Assembly: GCF_003918875.1 (NCBI RefSeq) | Contig: NW_025766336.1 | Span: 3,472,001 to 3,536,000 of the forward strand | Direction: 5' to 3' | Source of the DNA: Haliotis rubra | Taxonomy: Eukaryota | DNA: 64,000 nt | Shown: positions 1 to 13,007 of the stretch, piece by piece | Layout: each line of letters opens with the position of its first letter | Numbering within the stretch: position 1 is the first letter of the stretch | Program-made: the position numbers and the translations under genes | The notes under the pieces: model-generated | The model's input: only the letters and a program-made list of their open reading frames with translations | What the model was told of the DNA's origin: nothing | Database searches by the model: none

Positions 1-3000
1 CACTGGTTCCCCTAAATGTTTTGTCTGATTCATCCATCACCCGTAATGTGAGAGTGTCATATACACGTCGGCATTGCGTTTAACTAAGCTGGATATATTT
101 TGTTTGTTTGGTTGGTTGTTTCTTTGTTGTTTAACGCTGCAATCGGCAATATTCCAGCTATATGACGGCGGTCTGTAAATAAACGAGTCTGCACCAGACT
201 ATCCAGTGATTGACAACATGAGCATCGATCTACGCAATTGGGATACGATGGCTTGTGTCAACCAAGTCAGCGAGCCTGACCATCCAATTTCGTTCGTCGC
301 CTCTTACAAGCGTGTGTTGCTGGAGGCCAATTCTAACCTGGATCTTCAAGGATCTATTTTCTCCCTGTCAGAGTGACGTGTGCTATTTATTTTTACAGAA
401 ACCATACACTGGTATGAAAAGCTATTGTATGGCAAGTGATTCGGTACCCCTTATCTGTGTTACATTATCTCTGTGACTTCACCATCACAAGACCTGTGTT
501 CACCAACCTGTGAAATGCGTTCTGCTTCAGCTGCTCCATGGGAGCAAGGTGCTCACAGTAATCACAGTTATACGATGGCAGCCGAATACCCACAACAGGT
601 TCTTGTTAACAATAGCCACCAGGAACATGATACCTAGACAGGTGAGCTGAAATAGGGTTAACATGGCGGCCTTATATGTAGCGAAGTGAATGCGCGCTTG
701 CGTTAGTGCGTACGTGCTTGCGTGTGTGTTTGCTAGTGCTGAGATCGACTACTGGATGTGCCTTGGTTTTCTCGGGCTCGGATCTGGTCTAACGGTTCTA
801 GCATCATAATGTTTATAGAAGGACGGACAGACAGACTGACAGACGAACAGACAGACCGATACATAGGTTCAGTGTTAACGGTAGTAAGGACATAAGATTG
901 CGTGTACGATTCCAAGTCGAACTAAAACGTCTTAGCATACAATACCAATGTATATACTACAAGATCTGTTACCATTCCCTATTATTCAAAGTTGTTTCTA
1001 AATAAATTAAGAACCTTCGACAAATTGAGCTAATTTTCTCCTCGTACTGTGACATAAAACACACTAGCCAAGAATATGGCGCCCTCTCCCCACGCCCACT
1101 CCCCTGGAACCTCACCGACATGCTCTGAAACATCGAAGTCTATTTTCTGCAGCTTTACAGAAATAGATTGATCTTAAACATTCGTTTTTTGCCCTGCCAA
1201 AGGTTAAATGACATCGGTACCCATTACTTAAGGAATTCGTTGAACAATGAAAACATCTTCATCAAATTTCTGCAAGTCATCACGAGGTGTATCAGCAACA
1301 ACAAAGCCCCTCGGGAGCTCTCGGTGTTTCCCGGCAGGTTGGCCATACACCATAGAGGTTGTTATTGAAGACTCACGTCCTTTTCGTTGAATAGAGAGTA
1401 TGTATGGAAAGAAGATTCGTGTACTTTGAGCCTTCCAACTGAATGGGCTGCTTTGTGACAAGCAGGCACGAACCTAGTAAGTGGGTCGCGTACACTTCAT
1501 GACAGTAAACACATTTCTTCTGCCAACAAATGAAGCAATAGGACACATACGTGTATCTCATATAGCAGGATCTCGATGTTTTGACGGCGTGTTATAACAG
1601 AACATAACGGTGCAAAAACACCTTACAGATACTGGGAAGAGATTATTCGTATTTCACAATATCACTCCACTGGATGCATCGATATCATCCATAGTGAAAT
1701 AGATACAACCTTGCTTCATGCGTAAATACGAAACGAAACTCGAGGCTAGGACTATTGTTTTATACCAAGCTGTTTCTTTCTTCAATCGAAATCTACATAA
1801 CTTTTCATCAGCGGTGACATGTCCAGTTTCAATCTCGTGTTTGAGGAACAGCTGTTGCTGTGGAGAGTTGCGTCCCTTGGCATTACATAAGTTAAGGTTA
1901 TGGTTAGGAATAACCGTTTAATTGATGCTTTTTGGCTTCACTAAACTGGTAAGCATCGAATTTGGGCTAAATATGCCGCGATGTAACTGAAATATTGTTC
2001 AAAGAGGAATTAGGAACTCACTAACACTACAATGTGAGACAGAAATAGTTACATAATAAGAAACATGTAATTGAATTGCCAGTCATTACAATGTCATGCA
2101 ATTTGCGTAGATCGATGCTCATGCTGTTGATCACTGGATTGTCTTCTCGATTAATTTCAGACCGCCGCCATATAGCTGGAATATTACTGAGTGCGGCGTA
2201 AAACTAAACTCACTCACTCACAATGTCATGCACCTGTTGCATGGAGTTTATGTGGTGGACATGCGCAGTGTGATCTTGTGAGTGCAGGTCTGTTGTCACG
2301 ATTAGATTTCACAAGGCCTAAATTGTCCCAAACGTGACGGACAAAGATGAAAATGCTCGTATAGTTTTAACATATTACGTCATGTACAAAATTGATGACC
2401 CCCTGCCTCCCCATGGCCAAGTCCGTTTGATTTCATTTGAGACGGATGAATTGCTCAATAACACAAAATCTAATAATTGCAACAAAACCAAATTTTGCAC
2501 AGTCACATGAAATCGACAGACCAACTCTGATGATTTGTCTCATAATTTTGGACACCCGAATAAAGTTGTTTAACAAACGATCATTATTTTGTTGTCACTT
2601 ACCGCTATTTTTTACGATGGGGGACCACTTGCTGGTAGGACAGCCAGGTAATCAACAAGCGTCTGTAGTGAAATTTCAATTTCATACGTGCAACTCGCAC
2701 ACCTGGCTGTTCTACCAGAAAGTGGTCCCTCCTCGTAAACGATACAGGAACTTTCCTCATTCCTGTTCTGAACGTTGCATAATTTTCTTTTCACAACCGA
2801 AAGTATGGAATAGTACCAGATATCATTTGCTTTGGATATAGTCCAAATTTAACATTAATAAATAAAGCAAAGATTAGATCAATATACATGAACGTTCATA
2901 GCTGTATAGACTCTGTTCTGAGCTTCTTTATATAATACATATTCTTTCTCTGTACATGAAGGTGATACAAGCATGCAACTCTAAACCTTTTGTTGATTAT

Positions 3001-3639
3001 ATGTGACATGTTGCCTGTACTCTGAAAAATGTGCAAATAAAATAAATAAATACAAAAACTTTGTAGAATTGTCAGATTTCACTAACAGGAGGGCGGAAAG
3101 AGTATATCAACCTCATGTACACGTTTGAAAACACAACGACAATCCGTCGAAGCAATGACAAATCGGCCACAAATAATTTTTTAAGTCACACCGGACGAGT
3201 CGACAAGAGTGAAAAAAAATTGAAATTTGACAATGTGAAATATCTATCAGCAACAGGATGGGTCGACAGGATTTACTTGCCTTTGTGTGTAAATATGACT
3301 CTCGCTGAACGGTTCTTTGTTAGTATTACTTATTGTTTCATATAATGAAACACAACAGAAAGTAGATGTGATATGGTGTTAGCTGTTCGGTAATACCCGA
3401 CACCGCTCTACACCAAATAACGCTTCTAACAGTTTCAGCAAGAATATAGCCATATTGAAATTACTTGAAACGTCAGCGTTATCCACACCAAGGTCGGGTC
3501 AGACAAACCTTAACTTTTTCAATAAGGCACCCTTAGTATCAGGTAGATTCATGGAACGGTACGTCAACCTTAGCAAAGGCCTAAGGTTAAGGAGATAGGT
3601 AATCTTAGGTTGTTTTGTACAACGATACCCTGGCAGACA

Positions 3640-4945
3640 AACTGAGGACTGGCTATAAATGTTGAAAAAACGAAAATAATGATTTTCGAGGAAAGAAGGA
3701 AATCATCCATTCCTCAACAAAGGTCAATTGGAATAACCAATTAGAAACAGTGAAAACTTTTAATTACCTAGGAAACATAGTACCATCTAATGGACACATC
3801 AGTGTATGCCAAAAGTCATTAGCAGGCAAAGGATTAAAGGTTGTAAATATTCTCTGTGCTAACATACGGAAAAGTGACTTTACACCCAAAACAAGCTGCC
3901 AGCTTTTCGATTCTTTTGTATCCAGTACAATGAGTTACGGATGTGAGTGGTTAGAGCGACCGCCCGGAGAGCGGAAGGTCGCGGGTTCGATCCCCGGCCG
4001 CGTCATACCAAAAGACGTTAAAATATGGTACTTGTTGGTCCCTGCCTGGCGCTCAGCTTTAATGGGTACAACTAGGACTGGTCGGGCTCGCAGTCAGTAT
4101 AATGAGTCTGAGTGGAGTTTAACTGCGGCATGGTATCTCAGTGAGCAGGCACTATAAAACCAGCTTAAGTCTGGGCTAGTACAAGCAGCCACACACACAT
4201 TCACACGCATGCACGTCGTCATATGAGCGAAATATTCTGAAGTACGACGTTAAACGCCTTTTCTCCTCACCTCACCTTAAGTTCTGCAAGAGAATATTAA
4301 AAGACTTAGTTCATTCATAAGTTACTAACACAGTGGTCTAGGTAGAACTAGGAAGATATCCTCTCTACATTAACAGATTGCATGGCTTTTGCGGCACTTT
4401 TTCAAATTGCTAAATACAAATAATAATGTTTTGAACTTTTAACATTATGATGGAAAATTGCATTAAAGGTGTTAAAACTGGGCTTTTTTTGTTAAAGATG
4501 TACTGTATAAACATGGGTTTATATTTTGTGTGGCTGAATAACCTGAGTTTAGTAAACTCACAAGAATGTTGTAATGTATTTAAGCAGCGTTAGGTTGACG
4601 AGTTTTCACAAAAATGGTAAAGTGATTTTGATAATAGCACTAAACTTGATGTATATTCAAATATTAAGTATTTTAAATATTTTTTCTATGAGCTGTGTCT
4701 GAAGAATGTTCCTCGAAGCCTGTCCTGCTACATTACACAATATCATGTCATAAGTTAAAACTAGTAGATGGTAAATATTTACATTTAAATTGCGTTTATG
4801 TGTTTTTTTGTGGTGAGCAAGGTATCTCTGTAATCGAAGACGAATATCTGTTCATTTGTGTATGCCAAAAATATCATGTAAATACAGTAAAATATATTGA
4901 TCGATTTTATTGGGAATGTTCATCAAAATTCATTCAGCTGTGTGA
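3640..4945 (+). mobile_element. Decayed LINE (RTE-X/CR1-like) RT C-terminal region
   Basis: INVEKTKIMIF, FNYLG, LFDSFVSSTMSYGCE, HLKFCKRIL, ELGRYP, and an IEDEY..C zinc-finger remnant. Confidence 0.75.
3945..4277 (+). mobile_element. tRNA-derived SINE with a Meta-domain-like body, inserted in a LINE relic
   Basis: GAGTGGTTAGAGCG..GGTTCGATCCC head, GTCATACCAAAAGACG..CCTGCCTGGCGCTCAGC body, (CACCT)n tail. The domain assignment is from memory. Confidence 0.7.
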
Positions 4946-5142
4946 CGGCGATCTGTACATGGTCGAGCCTGAACCAGTGATTGACGTCATGAGCATCGAT
5001 CTCTGCAGTACGGATGCCATAACATGCATTACTAAATCAGCGGGCCTGGTCACCGGATCAGCCAGCTCTTCCGACAGATGGATCTCCACAGGTTAGGAAG
5101 GTATTACAATATTGCTGCAGCATTATAGTCCCTGCAAGTTTC

Positions 5143-5388
5143 ACCCGTGAAGATCCAGGTAAGAATTGATCTTCAGTAACCCCATGCTTGTCGTAAGGGG
5201 CGACTAACGGGATCAGGTGGTCAGGCTCGCTGACTTGGTTGACACATATCGTATCCCAATTGCGTAGATCGATGAGCATGCTGTTGGTCACTAGATTGTC
5301 TGATCCAGACTCGATTATTTACAGACCGCCGCCATATAGCTGGAATATTGCTGAGTGCGGCGTAAAACTAAACTCACTTACTCACTCA
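5143..5388 (+). mobile_element. ~245-bp tRNA-less short retroposon (family B), full copy
   Basis: Starts ACCCGTGAAGATC and ends GCTGGAATATTGCTGAGTGCGGCGTAAAACTAAAC(TCAC)n. Related copies at ~130-352(-), 2095-2221(+), 4940-5093(-), 6895-7090(-), 21850-22008(-), 23080-23152(-), 26675-26800(-). Confidence 0.85.
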
Positions 5389-5494
5389 GTCGGGGTTAGC
5401 TGGTCAATAATCCAGAATGGCCGTACACAAGTTGAAATCCTACTTTTTCTCTTTTTTATTATATAGAAAATACTTAATGCAAGTTAAGCATCAA

Positions 5495-5790
5495 GATACA
5501 TCGGGGTGATATGTACGTGATACACCGGGGTGATATGTACGTGATACACCGGGGTGATATGTACGTGATACACAGGGGTGGTATGTACGTGATACACCGG
5601 GGTGATGTGTACGTGATACACCAAGGTGATGTGTACGTGATACACCGGGGTGATATGTACGTGATACACCGGGGTGATATGTACGTGATACACCGGGGTG
5701 ATATGTACGTGATACACCGGGGTGATATGTATGTACGTGGTACACCGGGGTGATATGTACGTGATACACCGGGGTGATATGTACGTGGTA
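5495..5790. repeat. 24-bp minisatellite, ~12 units (CACCGGGGTGATATGTACGTGATA)
   Basis: Direct tandem units with few substitutions and no spacers. Confidence 0.95.
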
Positions 5791-7479
5791 CTACGTCTGT
5801 TTATCGTTTAACGCCCTACTCCGCTAAATGACGGCGGTCTGTACAATAGTCGGCCAGACAATATGTCTGATATTATGAGCATCGATCTACACGCTGGGAC
5901 ACAGTGACAAGCATGGGTTTCTAAAAATCAATTCAAACCCAGTTATTAGCTCATATCCGTAATGTTTTATAGGCGGACGGACAGAAGATTTACGTTTATG
6001 ATTTCAAGGCAGGGGCGGATACAACTTTTTGAGAAAGGAGGGGTGCACACTATTGAGAAAGGTGGGGTGCACACTTCATTTTCACGAGAGTTTCAATGGT
6101 CATTTAATAAAATTTCAGGACAAAAGGGAGGGTGCGCACCCCTATATTTAAGGAATTCGTTGAACAATGAAAACATCTTCATCAAATTTCTGCAAGTCAT
6201 CACGAGGTGTATCAGCAACCACAAAGCCCCTCAGGAGCTCTCGGTGTTTCCCGGCACGTTGGTCATTCACCGATCCCGGCTTCGGGTTATTAACTCATAT
6301 CCGTGTATCTTGCACAGTGCTGTAAGACGCTGCGACCTCTCCCACACTCCTAAACGCTACTGTATAACACAACAGTTGAACCGTAACGCATTTTTATGAC
6401 TCATTTAAAGCAATGTTTCATAAATATTTTGTTGCTGCTCTTTGTTTGCTAGGTAATTCATGTTAAATATTAAATATGTATCTTATCATAAAATGTTTAC
6501 TGTTCAGTCTGTGCGATCTTCATAGTGTTACAGATTAGAGTCTGTTTGTTTCTATTTTTCTATGTTGTTGAATATCCCGGTTATATGACGAAGGTCTTTA
6601 AATTGTTTGTCTGATTCATCCATCATCCGTAATGTGAGAGTGTCACAAACACACCCGCCATTGTGTTTAACTAAGCTGGTTTTATTTCGTTTGTTGTTTT
6701 ACGCCGAGTTCATCTCTTTGACAGACGGCTGTGAGCCGAGACTGGACCAGAATATCCAGTGATTGATATTGTCACCAACGATTAACGCTGTCAGGGTACG
6801 ATGGCACGCAGTCTATCAAGTCGATCCCCGAACTTGACCATCCGTGGTTTGGATATAGACAAACGTTTTGTTTGTTTGTTAGTTTCTTTGTTGTTTAACG
6901 CCGCACTCGGCAATATTCCAGTAAATAATCGAGTCTGGGCCAGGCTATCCAGTGATTTGCATCATTAGCATCAATCTACACAAATATGATGAAGAGATCA
7001 ACAAACAACCGGAGCTGCCGATCCCATCAGTCGCCTCTTACTGCAAGCGTGACTTGCAGAAAACCAATTGTCATCAGGAATCCTCACGGACAGGCAAACG
7101 AGTAATTGATAACAAAAGTACTCTCACACAGGCCTGGTATAATGACCACCCAATCCTCATTACGAGTGAGTGAGTGGATTAGGGTTTACGTCGTTTTTAG
7201 CAATATTCCACATACGGAATAGAACCTGGGTCTTCGGCGTGACGAGCGGACGCTTTAACCACAAGGCTACCGACCGCCACTGACTCTGATACTGTCGATG
7301 CACGCTTGCTTTACAATCATAGAGTAAGGACATCAGTTGCATTGTTTAGAGTAGTCTCCCATTTAACCCGACACCACGTATCTTTTAACTGAAGCTCAAG
7401 AAAGATTATCTCACATGTCACACAGAAACATCTGTTTAGTGATCACAGATGGGGCAAACCCGTTGTGCAAGAATAGTGA

Positions 7480-7641
7480 GTGAGTGAGTATGGTTTTACG
7501 CCGCTTTTAGCAATATTCCAGCAATATCACGGCGGGGGACACCGGAAATGGGCTTCACACATTGTACCCATGTGGGAAATCGAACCCGGGTCATCGGCGT
7601 GACGAGCGAACGCTTTAACCACTAGGCTACCCCACCGCCCC
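7480..7641 (-). mobile_element. tRNA-Asp-derived SINE (family A, ~165 bp), full copy
   Basis: A box TAGCCTAGTGG, GTC anticodon-like segment, B box GGTTCGATT, (TCAC)n tail, TSD TGCAAGAATAGTGA. Other copies at ~7163-7280, 14028-14180, 20484-20588, 25343-25427, 47292-47440, 47621-47700, 50739-50805, 51437-51552. Confidence 0.9.
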
Positions 7642-8276
7642 TGCAAGAATAGTGACCACTGAATCGCTAAAATTCTCTGAGTTCGAATCTTAGATTCGAT
7701 TATTAACTTTGGACAGTTTTACATGTACAGTGCTCGTGGATTTTAAAAGTATTAATCCTCTACAACCTAGATGACGCTTTTTTCAGCTATAATTAGCTGG
7801 TCATCCGACCATAACCAAAATATGGTTTGATATGAGTCTATCCAGAACGTGGCCACGACTTCACAGATAGGGATAGGTCACACATTGCAACACGCATTCA
7901 ACATTCCTCTAATATTATAATCCATCTGATTCCGAGAAATGCCTATGGGGACAAGTTCTCAGAATGCTTCAACAATATGCCCTTGGACGTGTTGTTCTGC
8001 CCCAGGAGGATAATTGTACGTATCTCCAAGTCATGTGCAAATCCGGAGGGTATTATAAAACAACCAATTGTGTCGCTACCTGAATAGCCACATTCAGTAG
8101 ATCCGAGACATGCGCGAGTAACCGGCGGCGGGCACAGGATACCTGAAACGGCCGACGAGACCATATTCCGCAAATGCCCAAAGCCAAAACCCGTTTGTAG
8201 TTATTCTCTTTTAACTTATTGCGAGTGGCATTGTACATCGCGAAATATTTGTTACTGTGCATGCTAGTTTCTAATA

Positions 8277-8400
8277 TACTGGACAAAATAAGTTAGGGAT
8301 ATTTTTAAGATTGATAATTTATCAGTGTGTGAATGAATAAATAGATCATTATTCATAATTTCAAAATTTACATATATCCCTAACTATTTTTTGTCCAGTA
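8277..8400. mobile_element. 124-bp Tc1/mariner MITE
   Basis: TIR TACTGGACAAAA..AGTTAGGGATAT with TA flanks. Confidence 0.8.
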
Positions 8401-9009
8401 TATATTGCCAATCACATGTATCTAATACAACGGCATGACAGTTCCGATCAAGAAAACGGCACAATGCAGAATGGACACGTCCTAGGGTACGTTTCTGCAT
8501 ACAGAAATGTACCATAGGTACATATCTGTAGTACCTGTGCCGACAACGACCCCTTCAGCAAGTGTAAGCATCCCGTTATCCGTAATGAACCCGACGGGGC
8601 TTGAGTTGTCCTGTCTCTAAATGAACCCGTTACGTTCACCTATAACCTAGAAGTAAAGTCATATGTCAGAGGCCACAATGGCATATCTGAGTTTGACATC
8701 ACCATTAGGCGTGTGGCATTTCTCGTTGGGATACACGTCTCACGCGAAGAAACATTGGAAAGTGCATAAGACTCTCAGAGGTTAACTGGGGCAAAGGGTG
8801 GAGCCAGGGTGTCGTGGATGCACCTACAGACGCCAGCCCACTCAAACGTCTTGGGAAGTAGGAACGTACTGATTTGTGCACAACAAAAATACAAAATGTT
8901 CGCTGGCAATGGATCAATATATGATTTGAATAGTATATTTGTATGCGTCCCTAAGATCAAAATATGATTTAATAACTATATTTTGATACATTGCGAGACA
9001 GGTGGAGGG

Positions 9010-9498
9010 AGAGAGAGGAGAAAGATATGCAACATTAAATACAGTGTTAAGAGAGACGGTAGAGAGGGAGATTGAGAGAAAGTGATTGCGAGAGAGAGAT
9101 TGGGAGAGATGCAACATTAAGTACGGTGTTAAGAGAGGCGGTAGAGAGAGATTGCGAGAGAGATAGAGAGAGAGATGCAACATTAAATACGGTGTTAAGA
9201 GAGACGGTAGAAAGGGAGATTGAGAGAAAGTGATTGCGAGAGAGAGAGATTGGGAGAGATGCAACATTAAGTACGGTGTAAAGAGAGACGGTAGAGAGAG
9301 ATTGTGAGAGAGAGATAGAGAGAGAGATGCAACATTAAATACAGTGTTAAAGGAGACGGCAGAGAGGGAGATTGAGAGACAGTGATTGCGAGAGAGAGAT
9401 GCAACATTAAGTACGGTGTTAAGAGAGACGGTAGAGAGAGATTGCGAGAGAGAGATAGAGAGACCCAACATTAAAGCCGTTGTTAAGAGAGAGACGGT
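9010..9498. repeat. GA-rich compound minisatellite (core GATGCAACATTAARTACRGTGTTAAGAGAGACGGTAGAGAG)
   Basis: About 7 cores separated by variable (GA)n linkers. Confidence 0.9.
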
Positions 9499-10586
9499 AT
9501 TCTTTGACGTGACGAAACTGACAATGTGTACACTCTTTGACAGGTATAGGTAGAGGGATCGGAAACAATGAGAATGTCGGAGCTTGACAACGTGGGAACC
9601 AACGCCATCATTACGCTCTACAATCAGCGGGAGTGGCTGAAAGCTTATACGCATCATTATATTGTTCTGAGTGACACCTTGTCGATCACAACTGATTAAT
9701 GTGTGCACGGTCGCACGGCTCTTTCCCAAATGTAGCAACAGGAATGTCTTTATGCTGCTGAAACGTAAAAAAACACGAGCCAGGTATCATGCAACGACAC
9801 TAGGCTTTTGTTTTCATACAGATTGGTCCTGGACGGAACATCCATGTCCGCAAACCTCGCTGGCCAGAACTGGGACACTTAATGAGGCGTAATAACTTGC
9901 TACTTAAGTAATCAAATGTCGAAACTAAGTCACATGATGTGAAGGCACACGTACAAGAACGACACATTCCCTGAAAATATTACCAATGACATAAAACTGC
10001 AATGCTTGTCAAAACAAGATCTATGACCCCTGGAAATATTCGGTGGGTGTACATGAAATATTTGTCTCACAGTCCCTGATCTGCATTATTTCCCCTTCCA
10101 TCCAGCCCTAAAGCCCCAACTGAAGCAAGTCCTGTTTTCCTTAGGTCCAGGTCTCCGTTCTCAATTGGGCTCCTTTTCAATTTAAAAGGAATCTTTTGTT
10201 TGTCAAAATTATATATATTCAGAAGCAACGCGTTAGTTTCCTGAAATATAGTTTCGTTGTTGACTTTAAACATTGACACTACTCAAGATACCTATATAAA
10301 GTTTCAACTCAAATCACTCATAACCATGAAAATATTCCAAAAACGCGTCCGTGGATAAAACTTAAGCTCATAACGACAGACTTGGTGACTATAAAAGTTG
10401 ATTCCACAGGCGACTATTGCGAACACAATATTCTCTTACACTATCATTATATATAGATCGCAATACAAATCAGATTATAAACATAATAACAATTGTACAT
10501 TTCAATTGCTTCAGTGTGATAACAAAACTAGATCCTTCACATGGGGAAACACTGACGTATATCTTCCAGGACGTAACCGTGCGAGA

Positions 10587-10715
10587 GAATGACGAGGTAC
10601 GAGCACAAGTATTCAGGACTGAACACTACACAACAAGACGTAGGTACAGAATGACGAGGTACGAGCACATGTATTCAGGACTGAACACTACACAACAAGA
10701 CGTAGGTACAGAATG
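10587..10715. repeat. 62-bp tandem duplication
   Basis: Units start at 10587 and 10649 and differ by one base. Confidence 0.9.
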
Positions 10716-12629
10716 GCGAGTGACATAGATTACCGTTTAGGGTGTACGCTTTCAAACACGGACTCGCTAGATGACTGGGCAATTGTATTTGAGGATTATT
10801 TATCAAGTCAGTGACGAAACACTTGAACATTCCTGCTATCACGATCTCTTCACACTATAAATAATCACACTATATGAAACCTACAAACTTTTTCAAAAGT
10901 TTTAAAAGTATTCAAATTAGATTTATGTAATCCCAAATCGGCATAAATCGACATGAAAAGATATAATGTACAAATTGCCATTTGCAAGTCTCAAATTATA
11001 ACAGAGAACAGCGAATAGAAAAAATGAGTTAAATAGATGAGGAGAAAACTCCAGATAAAGGTTTGACAACCCGAGACATCTATTATATGGTCTCTGACAA
11101 CAAAGCCAAGGGCCTTGTGAGAATGTTCACACATTATACGAAGTGTACATCAACGCTAATCACGTCATATATAGATGATCATTTATAAAAGATATGGGAA
11201 AAGACCTACCTGGAAGTGTAGGTAAGTTTCGCTTCTGGTGGCGCAGCAAGGGTAATAATATCCACCCGGTCGTCACTGTAAGCACGGGCCTACTGGCGCA
11301 TTGCTGTCTTTCAAAGGTGAAGGTCGGCTACCTGTGCTCACTCAACCGACACGGTGAGGCAGTATGAAAGCATCGCGACTTCAGGGGCGAGTGTTCTCTA
11401 AGTAAATCATGGCTACAGCAGGGTATTGTTGACGGACACAGTTTCAAACAAAAGCTTTTGTGTTTCACAGAACAATCAAGGGTTAGGATGTGTTAGGTCT
11501 GATGTGGAAATGCGCTTTAGTAGTGAAACAATGATATCAGCTAAACTCACGTGGATGATCACGGGGTGAAACGTGCAGCATCTGAACTGTGGTGCACCCC
11601 CAGGGCAGATTGACTACAACAGGAGTACATCAACGTCCCCATCATCACAGCAAACATGACCGGAGTGGCTCGACATAATGTCAAGGGTTTAAGTCCACCA
11701 TTTCTCCGAGTTTGTGATCAGTACGTTGAATATTGTCTGCAACAAAATTATCATGGATGCCCACGTCACTTCAAATATTTTGGATTATTTTGAAAAAAAT
11801 GTAAAAGGCCATGAGGTTTTTATTGTTTCATTCAGTATGTGGAAACGCTTGATAGTTTAACATTGTGTCTGTCAACTGCTGGCTATTCGGCCTGTCATTG
11901 GACGACCAGCAGCGCGTATACAGTTCGACCAGCCGTTAGTCATCCGTTGTAATTGTAGATGCAGAGATCGACTATAGAAATGGTGAACCATTGCAACATG
12001 ACCAGCTCTGGAATTGCTGACGTTACAGCCATGACTGACGGGGTTGTCTTCAAGACTCCCCTGCCACCCCTACGTTTTCTCCCCACCTCTTTACGGTGGC
12101 AACGTATTTTCATGATACTTTCAGGCGTTTAGTGTTAAGCCGGGATTTGCAAGTACTTGATAACTGCATGTTTAATAGTTGTCCATAGTCCAAAGGTCAA
12201 ATGCCCCTGCTTTATTTTATGAATTGTGGAGCCAAACCATTTGCTCAATTGACTGTATTTGTTGTGTGCGCATACGCGTGCGAGCGAGCGAGCGTGTGTG
12301 TGGATATATCTCTATGACAGCAGACCCACAGCAAAGGATTTCAACATTACGCTGTCTTTCTATGTAATCTTGACGTTGTCAATCTACCCTCGTGTTTTGA
12401 AGCATGTGAAATATTCCTGAATGCTGTGCATATATGGCTCAGATTCCAATACCCTTGAAAGTATGGTCGGGTTTAGGTACATCATACTATCCAGGACTTT
12501 ACATTATCGGAAAGTATTTTGTACTAATGATAGATGGATGTTAGTGAGATGTTGGCGAGATACTTTACGCCTCGATGGTAACGGATCCACGTTCACTGAA
12601 ATATACCTTTAATAATAGAGCTTTTCTAG

Positions 12630-13007
12630 TGAGTGAGTGAGTGAGTATGGCTCAAGTTGAATCCTGGTAAACACAGGATAATGATCACTGCCAAAAGAAT
12701 CCTGAAAATACACTTCCAAATCACAGTGTGGAGCTAATTGTGGACTGACAATGGTCAAATCCAGGGCAGAAAATGGAGCAGAGGCCAAGTCATACCGTGT
12801 CATGGAACCATCATTCAGAAGGAAAAGATTCTTTTTCATCAAGGACTGACTGAGTTTGGTTTTACGCAGCTTTTAGCAATATTCCAGCAATATCACGGCG
12901 GGGGGCACCAGAAATGGGCTTGACACATTGTACCCATGTGGGGAATCGATCCCTGGTCTTCAGCGTGACGAGCGAAAGCTTTAACCATTAGGCTACCCCA
13001 CCGCCCC
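12630..13007 (-). mobile_element. Chimeric retro-insertion: family A SINE + LINE endonuclease fragment + second SINE tail
   Basis: 14-bp TSD TAGAGCTTTTCTAG at 12616-12629 and 13008-13021; 12651-12828 closely matches 58886-59060. Confidence 0.85.

Noticed and set aside
5143-5215. Assignment of the family B head to HDV-like, hammerhead or twister ribozymes
   Set aside because: No CUGAUGA/GAAA core, no HDV P3/L3 arrangement and no twister consensus by eye; left unclassified.
5484-5790. CRISPR-like array, or His-rich repeat ORFs
   Set aside because: Head-to-tail 24-bp units with no spacers and no cas genes; the ORFs are by-products of a stop-free unit.
7570-7641. Functional tRNA-Asp genes
   Set aside because: No proper acceptor stem; always fused to the SINE body and tail with TSDs.
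8914-9738. 274-aa Leu/Ser-rich ORF
   Set aside because: Translation of the GA-rich minisatellite.
480-11400. Exon-like minus-strand patches at ~480-635, 7943-8152, 8448-8640 and 11210-11330
   Set aside because: Splice-like signals exist, but the frames contain stops and give no recognisable domain; no gene model could be built.
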